NCBI RefSeq assembly: GCF_028368995.1
Contig: NZ_JAQNDL010000001.1
Coordinates: 1,280,001-1,344,000 of the forward strand
DNA length: 64,000 bases
From: Nannocystis bainbridge
GTDB lineage: Bacteria; Myxococcota_A; Polyangia; Nannocystales; Nannocystaceae
Reading direction: 5' to 3'
The notes beneath the pieces were generated by a model. The model was not told where the DNA came from. It searched no databases and saw only the letters and a program-made list of their open reading frames with translations. The position numbers were made by a program, and so were the translations under genes. Below are positions 22,471-32,300 of the stretch, piece after piece (position 1 is the first letter of the stretch; each line of letters opens with the position of its first letter).

Positions 22471-24057
22471 ATGAAAAAGACGGCGAAGAAGACCGGGGCG
22501 AAGACGGAGACCACCGCGAAGGCGAAGCCCGCGAAGGCGACGGCGAAGCAGGCCGCGTCCTCCGGCGCGCGCAAGGGCTCCACCACCAGGACCGGCGCGA
22601 GCGCGAAGAAGCCCGCTGCCGCGAAGCGAGCGACCGCGAAGAAGTCGGCGAGCAAGACCGCCGCGAAGAAATCCTCCGCGAAGAAGACCGCGAGCAAGAC
22701 CGCCGCGAAGAAGACTGCGAGCAAGACCGCCGCGAAGAAAGCCTCCACCACTCGCCCCAGCAAGGCTCCTGGCGCGAAGAAGCCCGCGCCCGCGGGCAAG
22801 GCCGCCAACAAGCCCATCCCCGATTCGCCGAGTCCTGCGTCCATCAAAGCGGCCGCCGACAACGCCGCTGGCCACTGGAAGTTCATCGACGCCTGGTTCA
22901 CCGACAACGACCCGGGGACCGACTACCGCCCCGACCTGCCGGCGAAGCCGAAGGACGCCAGCGCCGCGCTCGCCCGCTGGGAGCAGGAGTTCGGCGAGAG
23001 CTTCGAGGCCTCCTTGCACGTGCATTTCGCCCGCGGCTTCGCCCATCCGGGCCGGACCTTCATGGAGTACACCTTGCTCGAGCTGCGGCTCGCGCACGAT
23101 CGCTGGCGCGGCCTCAACGAGCTCGTCGACGAGGGAGCCTTCGCGCGCGCCCGGCCGCGCGCCCTCGACAAGAACGACGACCAGATCCAGTTCGTCTGGT
23201 GGAGCCGCGGCTTCATCCCGATCGCCGAGGATGGCGGTGGCAACCTGATCTGCGCTGACATGAATCCCGGGCCCGGCGGGACCCGGGGCCAGATCATCCA
23301 GTGGGAGAAGACCGAGGGCCCGCTCGGCCCGCTCGCGGAGACCCTGGGCGTCTATATTGCCGACTACCGCCAAGCGCTCGCAGAGGGTTCGCTGGCCTAC
23401 GACGCGTACGGCACGCTCGAGCGCCGGAAGGTCCGCGCCAGGGGCACCAATTCGCAAGAGGCCCTGTTCGCCGCCGTCGAGGCCGGCGACGGGGCAGAGG
23501 TGGCGCGCCTTGTCGCGGCCGACAAGAAGCTGCTCGCCGTCCGCAACCAGTACGACGAGCCGCTGATCATCCCGGCGATCCAGCAGAAGCACACCGAGGT
23601 CGTGCGGGCCTACCTCGACGCTGGCGTCGACGCCAACACCCGCGGCCCCGGCGGCGCCATCCTCGGTTATGCCATCAGCGCCGCCTCGTCGGGCAGCGTC
23701 GCCCTGCTGCTGCAGCGCGGCGCCGTCCCGCGGGTCGACAAGCAAGGCGCGCCCGAGGGCATCATCGCCGACATGCTTTACGGTTCCAACTTCTCGGATC
23801 ACGCCCCCGAGGCCGACTACGTCGCCATGCTCGACAGCCTGCTCGCGGCGGGCGCCGATCCCAACGTCGCCTGCTACGGCGAGACGCCGCTGATGAAGGC
23901 CGCCGCGTTCGGCAGCATGACCCTCGTGAAGCGGCTGCTCGCGGCCGGCGCCCGGCCCGACATCGTCGACGACAAGGGCAAGAACGCCGCCGCCTACGCC
24001 AGATCGAAGCGTCGCAAGGAGGTCGCGGAGTTCCTCGGCGGGCTCGCGGCCCGCTGA
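22471..24057 (+). CDS. Histone-H1-like / SMI1-KNR4 (SUKH) / ankyrin fusion
   Basis: Lys/Ala-rich AKK repeats; WWSRGFIPIAEDGGGNLICADMNPGPGGTRGQII; GETPLMKAA ankyrin repeats; GGAGG RBS. Confidence 0.8.
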   Translation: MKKTAKKTGAKTETTAKAKPAKATAKQAASSGARKGSTTRTGASAKKPAAAKRATAKKSASKTAAKKSSAKKTASKTAAKKTASKTAAKKASTTRPSKAPGAKKPAPAGKAANKPIPDSPSPASIKAAADNAAGHWKFIDAWFTDNDPGTDYRPDLPAKPKDASAALARWEQEFGESFEASLHVHFARGFAHPGRTFMEYTLLELRLAHDRWRGLNELVDEGAFARARPRALDKNDDQIQFVWWSRGFIPIAEDGGGNLICADMNPGPGGTRGQIIQWEKTEGPLGPLAETLGVYIADYRQALAEGSLAYDAYGTLERRKVRARGTNSQEALFAAVEAGDGAEVARLVAADKKLLAVRNQYDEPLIIPAIQQKHTEVVRAYLDAGVDANTRGPGGAILGYAISAASSGSVALLLQRGAVPRVDKQGAPEGIIADMLYGSNFSDHAPEADYVAMLDSLLAAGADPNVACYGETPLMKAAAFGSMTLVKRLLAAGARPDIVDDKGKNAAAYARSKRRKEVAEFLGGLAAR

Positions 24058-24305
24058 CTTCGTCTCACCCGCGACGACCCCGACGCCGCATTCTTAAAGA
24101 TGTCCCCGGGGACAGGCGGCGAAGTCGCCTCACGCAACTTCACCACATGTCCCTGAGGCCATATCGTCGCCTCTGCCTCGCAGCGCCTCCGACGTAGCTC
24201 TCGTCGCCCAGGGTCGCCACGGCTGCCGGCGAAGCAACCGTCCCGCCTCGCCGCGAGCGCGCGGCCGCTCGCGCCGTCGCGCCCCGATGAACCTCCCCGT
24301 CACAG

Positions 24306-25583
24306 TCAGTCCCCGCAGCAGGCCTTCCAGCAGCACGAGCCGTCGTCTTGCCCGCAGTTCTGCCCGCCGTTGGTCCAGCTGCAGTCGCACGCGTCCATCT
24401 CTTGCTGCGAGCACGAGCCGCCGCCGCCCTTGCAGGACTTCACGTCATCGAGCGGGCCGCGGTCGATGCCCGAGACTGCCACCAATTGCGGCGGGCACGG
24501 CACCTCTTGATAATGCAGGTTCGGGTTGTCGGCCGCCTCGTACCAATTCACGTACCACTCGCAGCCGGCGACCAGGTCGGCCATCCCGGGCTCGTCGAAC
24601 ACGGCCGCGCAGCGGGCCAGCACGCACTGCTTCTGCTGCGCGTGGTCCCCGCCCTGTTGCTGGCAGAACGTCATGAACCCGCCGTACGTCGCCCCGAGCT
24701 CCGCCGTGTTCACGCCCCATTGATAGGAGCACGCGTCGAACAGCCCGACCCCGCCGCCGGGCGTCAGGATGTCGAACTGACCGCCGCCGACATCGTGGCC
24801 GATGTTGGTCGCCTGCACGATCATCGTCTTGTTGGCCAGCGCCACCGACCCCGGGTCCTGCGGGTTGTAATGGCCGGTCCCGTCGAAATCGAGCTGGTAG
24901 CAGCGGCCGCAGATGTCGCCCTGCGCCGGCACGGCCGCGAAGCCGTAGGCCAGCGTGGCCGACACCGCCCACGGCGCCTCGTCGTAACAGGTGAAGGCGC
25001 TGTTGGCGGTCGGGGCCGGGCACGAGCTCGCCACGTCGTACGACGCGCCGAGGCTCTGGTTCGAGTTGCTGCAGCTCTGCAGCGGCTCGGTGGCGGGGTT
25101 GACGTTGCCCTCCCAGCCGCAGTGGGCCTTGCAGCAGTCCCAGTAGCGCGTCGCGTAGCCCTGGCACGCCGTGTCGTCGAGCGGCGGCGGATCGCCGGTC
25201 GTCTCGCTGGTGGCCGGCTCGCTCGACGCCGACGCGTTGCCGGTCGTCTCGCCGTCGCTCGTCGTGCCCGGCCCCGTCGTCCCTGGGTTCGTCGTCTCCG
25301 CGCTCGTCGTGCCCGGCCCCGTCGTCCCGGGGTTCGTCGTCTCCGTGCTCGTCGTGCCCGCGCTCGTCGTGCCCGGCCCGGTCGTGCCCGCGCTCGTCAC
25401 TCCGCCGGTCGTCGGCGGGCTGTCCGTCGTCGGCGACTCGGTGCCCGCCGTGTTGCCGCTGGCCTCGCTCGCGCTCGCGGGCGAATCGCTGCCGCCCGTC
25501 GATCCCGTGACCTCGCCGCCGCCGGAGCACGCCACCAGCCAGCCCGAGAGCAGCACCCATGCCTGATTCGTTCGCTTCGACAC
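24306..25583 (-). CDS. GH45 endoglucanase lipoprotein
   Basis: TRYWDCCK signature, QFDILTPGGGVG, LVAC lipobox, Thr-rich linker; GTG start inferred. Confidence 0.88.
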   Translation of the reverse strand: MSKRTNQAWVLLSGWLVACSGGGEVTGSTGGSDSPASASEASGNTAGTESPTTDSPPTTGGVTSAGTTGPGTTSAGTTSTETTNPGTTGPGTTSAETTNPGTTGPGTTSDGETTGNASASSEPATSETTGDPPPLDDTACQGYATRYWDCCKAHCGWEGNVNPATEPLQSCSNSNQSLGASYDVASSCPAPTANSAFTCYDEAPWAVSATLAYGFAAVPAQGDICGRCYQLDFDGTGHYNPQDPGSVALANKTMIVQATNIGHDVGGGQFDILTPGGGVGLFDACSYQWGVNTAELGATYGGFMTFCQQQGGDHAQQKQCVLARCAAVFDEPGMADLVAGCEWYVNWYEAADNPNLHYQEVPCPPQLVAVSGIDRGPLDDVKSCKGGGGSCSQQEMDACDCSWTNGGQNCGQDDGSCCWKACCGD

Positions 25584-25812
25584 ATCGTGATTGTCGGCCA
25601 AGCCGGCGGCGAAATCACCGTTACGGCAGCCCCGATCGGCAGTTCCGTGGATGCCCCGAGCAGGGCCCGAGAGGCGATCCCCGACGACACGTGCGCCCGG
25701 GCGACCCCACCTCGGCCGCTCGCGCTCCGAATGCCCGTGCGCGGCCCTTCTCCCGGTTGCAGCGGCGCGCACGGGCGTACTTTCGCGCGCTCATCAGCGA
25801 TACCCTGAACCC

Positions 25813-26457
25813 GTGAAGATACCTGCGTGGATGTTTCTCGCCGTCCTCCCTCTCTGCGCCTGCGCTGGCATGCTCGACAAATCGGTGCGAAAGCGGGCCG
25901 CCGCCGACCTCTCGTGCGGCGCCGATACGCTGAAGATCGACAGGGTCGAGGATCGCGGCTTCAACGAGGGCCTCTATCGCGCCCAGGGTTGTGAGCGCAG
26001 CCAGCAGTACAGCTCCCGCTGCACTTTGTTCGGCTGCCGCACCCACTCCCTCGAGGAGGTCGCCGCGCACGAGGCCGAGGAGCAGGCCCGCGCCGACGCC
26101 TATCGCCAGCAACAGGCCGAGCGCCAGGCCGCCGGCGACGCCGGTAACGACGGCGGCAGCAACGGCAGCAGCAGCAGCAGCAGCGGCGACGCGGCGTCGC
26201 GGTTCGTGTCGACGCGGCTGCACAACGAGTGCCCGCGCAAGGTGCTGCTGTTCCACGGGAGCAAGCCCAAATACGGCAGCGGCCGCTCCGACTCGATCGG
26301 CTCCAACACGACCATGAGCGTCCAGGGCAACGAGGGCGACACGCTGTGGATCGTCGACGAGAAGGGCGAGGGCGTCAGCAACTTCACCTACAGCAAGTCG
26401 ATCTCGCAGGTCTTCATCACCAAGTCGTGCATGGGCTTCAGCACCAGTCGCTCCTGA
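25813..26457 (+). CDS. Hypothetical lipoprotein
   Basis: LCAC lipobox, RAAADLSC motif. Confidence 0.75.
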   Translation: MKIPAWMFLAVLPLCACAGMLDKSVRKRAAADLSCGADTLKIDRVEDRGFNEGLYRAQGCERSQQYSSRCTLFGCRTHSLEEVAAHEAEEQARADAYRQQQAERQAAGDAGNDGGSNGSSSSSSGDAASRFVSTRLHNECPRKVLLFHGSKPKYGSGRSDSIGSNTTMSVQGNEGDTLWIVDEKGEGVSNFTYSKSISQVFITKSCMGFSTSRS

Positions 26458-26613
26458 CCTTTCGGCCAGGTCCGGGCGCGGCCGCGTGAATCCCTGCTGC
26501 CCGCCCGGGCACCCGCTGTCGCCCGGAGTCGACGCGGCTTCGGTCGACGCTGCCGCGTCGCCACGGATGGCGCCGGTTGGCAGCCGGCGCCCGGCTTGCT
26601 AGCGTCGCCGCCG

Positions 26614-27243
26614 ATGCACACCTCGTCTGGTCGGGTCCTCGTCGTCGGCGGCACCGGTCGCACCGGTCGCCACGTCGTTTCGCTGCTGCGCGCGACCGGC
26701 GTCCCGCTGCGCCTGCTCGTCCGCGACCGCGCGCGCGCCGAGGCCGAGCTGGGCCCCGGCCTCGAGCTCGTCGTCGGCGACGCCCTGGACCTCGACCTCG
26801 GCCCCGCCTTCGCCGGCGTCGACGCCGTCGTCAGCACCCTCGGCAGCCGCGACGTGCACGGCGGCCTGCGCACCGTCGACCTGCCCGCCACCACCCGCCT
26901 GGTCGCCGCCGCGCGCGACGCCGGCGTCGCCCGCTTCGTGCTGTGCTCGACCATCGGCGCCGTACCCACGCCCGGCATCCCGCCGCACATGCTCGAGTGG
27001 TTCGCGCCCAAGGGCGAGGCCGAGGCCGTGCTGCGCGCCAGCGGCGTGCCCTTCACCATCATCCGCCCGGGCGGCCTCCACGAGGGACCCACCGCCGACC
27101 CGCGCATGATCGACTGCGGCCACGTCGCCCGCGCCCTGGTCGCCGCGCTCACCCGCGACGACGCCCTCGGCGCCACCTTCGAGCTCAGCAACGCCCGCCT
27201 GCAGCGCCCGGACGCCGACCCGCTGCTCGGCGCGCGCGTCTGA
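26614..27243 (+). CDS. Atypical SDR / NAD(P)H-binding protein
   Basis: VLVVGGTGRTG, IIRPGGL. Confidence 0.85.
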   Translation: MHTSSGRVLVVGGTGRTGRHVVSLLRATGVPLRLLVRDRARAEAELGPGLELVVGDALDLDLGPAFAGVDAVVSTLGSRDVHGGLRTVDLPATTRLVAAARDAGVARFVLCSTIGAVPTPGIPPHMLEWFAPKGEAEAVLRASGVPFTIIRPGGLHEGPTADPRMIDCGHVARALVAALTRDDALGATFELSNARLQRPDADPLLGARV

Positions 27244-27245
27244 AG

Positions 27246-27325
27246 CGAGGTGTCTCGCGGGACATGTCCCGAAGCGCATGTCCCCCAGGACATGCCTCTA
27301 ACAACATGTCCTCTCGGGCATGCGA
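27246..27325. repeat. 14-bp-period CATG array
   Basis: CATG cores at 27263, 27277, 27291, 27305, 27319. Confidence 0.9.
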
Positions 27326-27570
27326 TCGAGCGTCCTGCGAAGCCGGACCGACGAGCCTGCCGCGGACCTCGTGGGCGACGATCACCAGGGCTCGCCGCCG
27401 CGACCCGCTCGAACGTCAGGCCCTCCGGGCCCAGGCCATCGGCCGTCCCGGCCTCGATATCGCCGGAGAATCGTACCCGGGCTCGCTGCGGGCCCTCGTC
27501 GCGATCCGCGACTCTCGGGCTCGCTCGCCGGGGCTTGCATGCGCGAGCGACCGCGGCAATGCTCGCCCGC

Positions 27571-28152
27571 ATGGACGAGGACCTCCGCGCCGACCTCCTG
27601 CGATGGATCGCCGAGGATGACGACACGCGCGAGCGGCTGGCGCGCGACGGCAGCCTGTTCGCCGGCTACCACCCCGAGATGGAGGCGGTGCACCGCCGCA
27701 ACGCGGCGCACCTGCGCGAGGTCCTGGCGCGGGTCGGCTGGCCGGGGCGAGCGCGGGTCGGGGAGGACGGGGCGAGCGCGGCGTGGCGGATCGTGCAACA
27801 CGCGATCGGCGAGCCGGCGCTGCTGCGCGGCTGCTTGCCCCTCCTGCAGGCGGCCGCGGCCGAAGGCGAGGCCGATCCGGCCGAGGTGGCGAAGCTCGAG
27901 GACCGGATCCGCGTGTCCGAGGGCCGGCCGCAGCGCTACGGCACCCAGTACGACTGGAGCGACGACGGCACGGCGATGGTGCCGATGGTCGGGGTCGAGG
28001 CGCCGGAGTCGCTGGCGGAGCGGCGCGCAGCCGTCGGCCTGCCGCCGATGGTGTGGCGCCAGCCACCGCCGCCCGACCAGCCGCCGCCTGCGGACCCCGC
28101 GGCCCGCAAGGCCGAGATGGAGGCGTGGGCGCGCCGCGTCGGCTGGCGCTGA
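27571..28152 (+). CDS. DUF6624-like protein
   Basis: GWPG...GEDGASAAWRIVQHA, LEDRIRVSEGRPQRYGTQ. Confidence 0.8.
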   Translation: MDEDLRADLLRWIAEDDDTRERLARDGSLFAGYHPEMEAVHRRNAAHLREVLARVGWPGRARVGEDGASAAWRIVQHAIGEPALLRGCLPLLQAAAAEGEADPAEVAKLEDRIRVSEGRPQRYGTQYDWSDDGTAMVPMVGVEAPESLAERRAAVGLPPMVWRQPPPPDQPPPADPAARKAEMEAWARRVGWR

Positions 28153-28190
28153 GGACATGTCCTCGAAGACATGTCCCTCAGGGACATGGA
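28153..28190. repeat. 14-bp-period CATG array between convergent genes
   Basis: GACATG units with cores at 28156, 28170, 28185. Confidence 0.8.
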
Positions 28191-28257
28191 CACAGGCCCA
28201 GACGCCCGCCTGGTCGCTCGCGCTTGAGCGACTGCACGCGGCCCGGCGCCCTGGGCG

Positions 28258-28671
28258 CTAGCGCTTGAGCGACGCGTGGTCGTGGCCGGGCAGCGTCGCC
28301 GTCGTCGACGGCCCGCCGCCGGCGGCCCACCCGCCGTCGCCGTTGCCGCCGCTCCAGCCGCCGACCTGGTCGAGCAGGCGCGTATAGCCGAGGCCCTCGA
28401 GCACCGCCGCCGCGCGGGCCGAGCGGCCGCCTGCCTTGCACGACACCAGGATCTCCTGGTCCTTATTATTAAAATGGGCCTGGACCTCGGCGGCGAAGTC
28501 CGGGTTCGGCACCATCCCGCCGGCGCCCATGTGCATCAGCGGGATGTTGTAGGCGTTCGGCGCGTGGCCGGCCTCGAACTCGGGGATGCTGCGGACATCG
28601 ATGTGCACGAGGTCGCCCGAGGACGCGACCTTGGCGATCGCTTCGGGCGTGCTGAGGCGCTGGATCGGCAT
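28258..28671 (-). CDS. Rhodanese-like sulfurtransferase
   Basis: IDVRSIPEFEAGH, active-site loop CKAGGRS. Confidence 0.9.
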   Translation of the reverse strand: MPIQRLSTPEAIAKVASSGDLVHIDVRSIPEFEAGHAPNAYNIPLMHMGAGGMVPNPDFAAEVQAHFNNKDQEILVSCKAGGRSARAAAVLEGLGYTRLLDQVGGWSGGNGDGGWAAGGGPSTTATLPGHDHASLKR

Positions 28672-28704
28672 GTCCGACCTTCGTAGCCCGGCCGGGCCGC
28701 GCCT

Positions 28705-29820
28705 TCAACCCCCGGCCGGCTCGGCCTTCGCGGGCTCGGCCGCGGCTTTGCCAGCATTCTCGCGCTTCGCCGGCTCCTTCGCCTCGCCGGTCGCCGGCGT
28801 CGCCTCGCCGGCCGGCTGCTGGTTGATCGTCGGCGTCTCCGGGAACGGCTTGCCGTCGGTGCGCACCGCCACCTCCTTGCCGTCGGGGCCCGGCACCAGC
28901 TTGGCGAACTGATACGCCAGCGTCGTGTGCGTCACGTACGTGCTGGCCTTGTCGGTCTGGGTCGTGAACTCCTCGCGCAGCAGGTGCGGCTCGCCCGAGT
29001 CGACGAAGAACAGCAGCGTCCCGCGGACCACGCCTTCGAGCGGCGTCTTGGCGCCCGGCGACGTGTACTCGCCGATGTACGCCACCTCCGCGCGCAGGCC
29101 CGTGTCCGGGTCCCGCTCGAGCTTCTTCAGCTCCCACAGCACGTCGCGGGTGTCGATCACCCCGCCGGTGCGCATCTGGCACTTCGAGCGCCACTTGGCC
29201 CCGACCCCGATCGCCTGGTCCGGGAAGCGGATGCAGAACAGCCGGTGGGCGTCGGCCAGCGCCAGCCCCGGCTTGCTCTCGGCTTGCGCCTTGGGGCCGG
29301 TGACCGTCGTCGCCCCCGGGCGATCGCCGGTCGCCAGCACCTTGTGGCTCGTCACCAGCTGCTTGACCGCGTCCTCGTCGGTGGTGAGGAACTTGCCGCC
29401 CGGCGGCTCGGCCTCGAAGTTCACGTAGCGGTGCTCGAGCGTGCACGCGCGGGTGAAGCCCTCGCCCTCGCAGTCCTTGAGGCTCAGCCGCTCCTCGCGG
29501 GCGAACCCGGTCGGCTGCACGAGCGAGCCGAAGCGCACGTTGCCGATCGTCGTCACCCGGTAGTTCGAACCTTCCCGAAGGGCCAGGCGGATCTCCGCCT
29601 GCTCGGACGGCGGCGGCGGGCTCGTCGGCTGGCCTGGATCGGTCGCTCCGGGCGCCGCGGGGCTCTCGGCCCCCACGGGCTTCTGGACCTCCGCCACGGG
29701 CTTTTCGGGCGCCGCGCCGCCCTCTCGCTGTTGCAGGCGCGAAGGGCCTGGATCGCCGCAGGCGGCCACGAAAGCCATGAGAAAGCCGGTCGAGTAGGGG
29801 CGAAGCACGGCGCGGAGCAT
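28705..29820 (-). CDS. Hypothetical lipoprotein
   Basis: FVAAC lipobox, protein-like composition; start uncertain. Confidence 0.7.
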   Translation of the reverse strand: MLRAVLRPYSTGFLMAFVAACGDPGPSRLQQREGGAAPEKPVAEVQKPVGAESPAAPGATDPGQPTSPPPPSEQAEIRLALREGSNYRVTTIGNVRFGSLVQPTGFAREERLSLKDCEGEGFTRACTLEHRYVNFEAEPPGGKFLTTDEDAVKQLVTSHKVLATGDRPGATTVTGPKAQAESKPGLALADAHRLFCIRFPDQAIGVGAKWRSKCQMRTGGVIDTRDVLWELKKLERDPDTGLRAEVAYIGEYTSPGAKTPLEGVVRGTLLFFVDSGEPHLLREEFTTQTDKASTYVTHTTLAYQFAKLVPGPDGKEVAVRTDGKPFPETPTINQQPAGEATPATGEAKEPAKRENAGKAAAEPAKAEPAGG

Positions 29821-29925
29821 CGCACGCCCGGTCGTGCGTCGCACGGTCGGGCGCCGCATTCGCCGGGTGCGAGATCGCGCCCTGCATGTCACACACCCAC
29901 CCCGGTTTTCGCTATCCTCCGCCGC

Positions 29926-32043
29926 ATGTCGAACCCCCGCTTCGCCCTCCCTCTGAGCACGCTGGTGCTGCTCGTCGCGTGCAATCAAGTCAACTCCGCG
30001 CTCAGCAGGGGAGGCGAAGAGAAGGCCGCCGACAGCAACACCGAGGTCGTGGACGCCAAGGCGCCGCCCGCTCCGGCGGTGGCCGCGCCGCCGGCTCCGA
30101 CCGGGCCGGCGTCGGTCGACGAGCTGCTCGGCCTCGTCCACGACGGCGCGGCCTCGTACGTCATTTTCAAGGCTCCGGACGCGCTCCTCTCGCTGGCCGA
30201 GACCACCGCGAGCACCTTCGAGCAGCCGCTCACCACCCTCGTCGGCGCCACTTCGCCCACCGATCTTTCGCGGCTGACCGAGAGCTTCGCCCTTTTCAAG
30301 CACGGCGTCGCCGACGCCAAGGAGGCGCTCGCCAAGTCCGGCACCGACCTCGCGCGCGGCATCGTCGTCACCAGCACCTCGCTGAGCGACGACGACACCG
30401 TCATCACCTTCTCCGCCAGCAGCGGCGAGGCCGCCAAGGGCCTGCTCGCCGCCCTGAAGATCCCCGACGCCGCCACCATCGAGTGTCAGCCGACCGCCGC
30501 TCGCCCCGGCTACGTCACCTGCGCCAAGGACCAGGCCACCCTCGCCACCTACAAGCCCGGCGACGGCAAGGCCGCGCGCACCCGCCTGGGCGCCGCCCTG
30601 CCCGCGGTGGCGCTCGATGACCTGGCCCTGTTCGGCTACGTCACCGACGGCGACGTCCACTTCGGCCTCGACAAGCCGGCCGGCGGCGCGACCTTCCACC
30701 TCAGCGCCCCGCCGGACGCCCGCGAGCTCGTCACCACCCTCGCCCCCGGCCCCGCCGACCTCTTGAAGTTCGCCCCCGCCGGCACCGGCTTCATGTGGAT
30801 GAAGCTCGACCTCGACGAGCTCAAGAAGAAGGGCATGAACGACATCCCCCCGCCGTTCAGCGCCACCGTCAGCGCCTTTACCGGCGAGGTCCTGTTCGGC
30901 GGCAGCGCCGACCCGGCGGCCCTGCAGGCCCGCTTCGGCTTCAGCGACACCAGCACCCTGGCCCCGCTGGCCGACCTCGCGGTCGCGTTCGGCGGCCCGG
31001 CGATCCACAACAAGCCGATCCCCGACGTCCCCGGCAGCAAGGTCTCCTTCAAGGCCGAGAACGTCGAAGTCGGGGCCGTCAAGGTCAAGGCCCTGCACTT
31101 CGGCGCCAGCGGCGTCCCGCAGGCCAAGACCCTGGCCGACCAGCTCGGCCTGTCGCTCGACGCCTGGGTGTTCCCGGCCGAGGGCACCCTCGCCGCGGTC
31201 GTCGGCGCCGACGCCAGCAAGGTCGGCCTGATCAAGGCCGCCGCCAGCAGCGACGCCACCATCGCCGCCCTGCCGCCCGCCCTGGCCGCCTCCCTGCGCG
31301 CCGGCGAGGTCGGCTTCGTCGGCCACGTCCCGCTCGACGGCCTGCAGAGCCCCGCTCTGCTCAAGCTCCTCGACAGCGCCCTCGCCACCGTCCCCGGCTA
31401 CTCCTCCGCGAACGCCCGCTCGGCCCTGGGCGTGGTCGCCTCGCTGTCGAGCACCACCGTGTGGATCAGCGAGCACGCCAACACCGGCGTGATCCACTTC
31501 GCCCTGCAGTCGATCGGCAACACCACCGACGACGAGGGCAAGGAAGCCCTCGCCGCGGCCGCCAGCGCCGACCCCGTCAAGGCCTTCGCCGACCTCGCCA
31601 CCAAGTACCCGAGCTCGCCGCGGCTCGCCGCCTACCAGACCCGCGCTGGCCAGGGTGGCGCCGGCGCGCTGGTCGGCGGCTCGGCCCCGGCCCTGCTGCT
31701 CGCCGCCGGTGGCATGGCCGCCTTCTTCCGCTCGTCCGTCGACGCCCCGCCGCCGCCGGTGGTGGTCGAGGCCCCGGTGGCCGAGCCCCCGAAGCCCGAG
31801 AAGACCGAGCCGGCCAAGACCGAGACTCCGAAGACCGAGACTCCGAAGACCGAGACTCCGAAGACCGAGACTCCGAAGACCGAGACTCCGAAGACCGAGA
31901 CCCCGAAGACCGAGACCCCGAAGACCGAGACTCCGAAGACCGAGACTCCGAAGACCGAGACCCCGAAGACCGGCGGGATCAAGATCGACACCACGAAGGT
32001 CGAGCCGCGGGTGCCGCCGAAGCGCGTCGGCATCGAGAAGTGA
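29926..32043 (+). CDS. Large hypothetical lipoprotein with C-terminal KTETP repeats
   Basis: LVAC lipobox, strong GC3 codon bias. Confidence 0.8.
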   Translation: MSNPRFALPLSTLVLLVACNQVNSALSRGGEEKAADSNTEVVDAKAPPAPAVAAPPAPTGPASVDELLGLVHDGAASYVIFKAPDALLSLAETTASTFEQPLTTLVGATSPTDLSRLTESFALFKHGVADAKEALAKSGTDLARGIVVTSTSLSDDDTVITFSASSGEAAKGLLAALKIPDAATIECQPTAARPGYVTCAKDQATLATYKPGDGKAARTRLGAALPAVALDDLALFGYVTDGDVHFGLDKPAGGATFHLSAPPDARELVTTLAPGPADLLKFAPAGTGFMWMKLDLDELKKKGMNDIPPPFSATVSAFTGEVLFGGSADPAALQARFGFSDTSTLAPLADLAVAFGGPAIHNKPIPDVPGSKVSFKAENVEVGAVKVKALHFGASGVPQAKTLADQLGLSLDAWVFPAEGTLAAVVGADASKVGLIKAAASSDATIAALPPALAASLRAGEVGFVGHVPLDGLQSPALLKLLDSALATVPGYSSANARSALGVVASLSSTTVWISEHANTGVIHFALQSIGNTTDDEGKEALAAAASADPVKAFADLATKYPSSPRLAAYQTRAGQGGAGALVGGSAPALLLAAGGMAAFFRSSVDAPPPPVVVEAPVAEPPKPEKTEPAKTETPKTETPKTETPKTETPKTETPKTETPKTETPKTETPKTETPKTETPKTGGIKIDTTKVEPRVPPKRVGIEK
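31816..31965 (+). repeat. 15-bp tandem repeat x10 (KTETP)
   Basis: AAGACCGAGACYCCG, ten copies. Confidence 0.95.
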
Positions 32044-32238
32044 CGGCGAGGCGCGCGCGACTCCGAGCGAAAATCGCTCCGACTCGCACGTGCACGTACG
32101 ATTGATGCCCTCGACCTCGGGCGATCGCGGACCGGCCCCGGCCATTCCGCGGTCGCCCTTGGCCTTTTCCATCGCGTTTCCTCGCGCGGAACGGCGGTTG
32201 ACAGCGGCTCGGCCGCGTGTCAGTTTTTGACCACCGCC

Positions 32239-32269
32239 TCAACTCTTACGTGTACGTAAGAGATACTTT
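32239..32269 (+). promoter_or_regulatory. MerR-type operator palindrome within a candidate 19-bp-spacer promoter
   Basis: CTCTTACGT-GT-ACGTAAGAG at 32243-32262; TCAACT-N19-TACTTT. Confidence 0.7.
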
Positions 32270-32300
32270 CCTCCGCACGACGGCACAGGTTGAGGGTCTC

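Noticed and set aside
27246-27325. CRISPR interpretation of the periodic arrays
   Set aside because: The 14-bp period is far too short, there are no unique 30-40-bp spacers, and no cas genes are in the window.
28705-32172. 1155-aa minus ORF and other very long antisense or off-frame ORFs (e.g. 6060..9404, 50737..53940, 50726..53560)
   Set aside because: Shadow ORFs of high-GC coding sequence, with Arg/Gly/Ala-rich or antisense composition. Only the 3' portions with lipobox or family motifs were kept.
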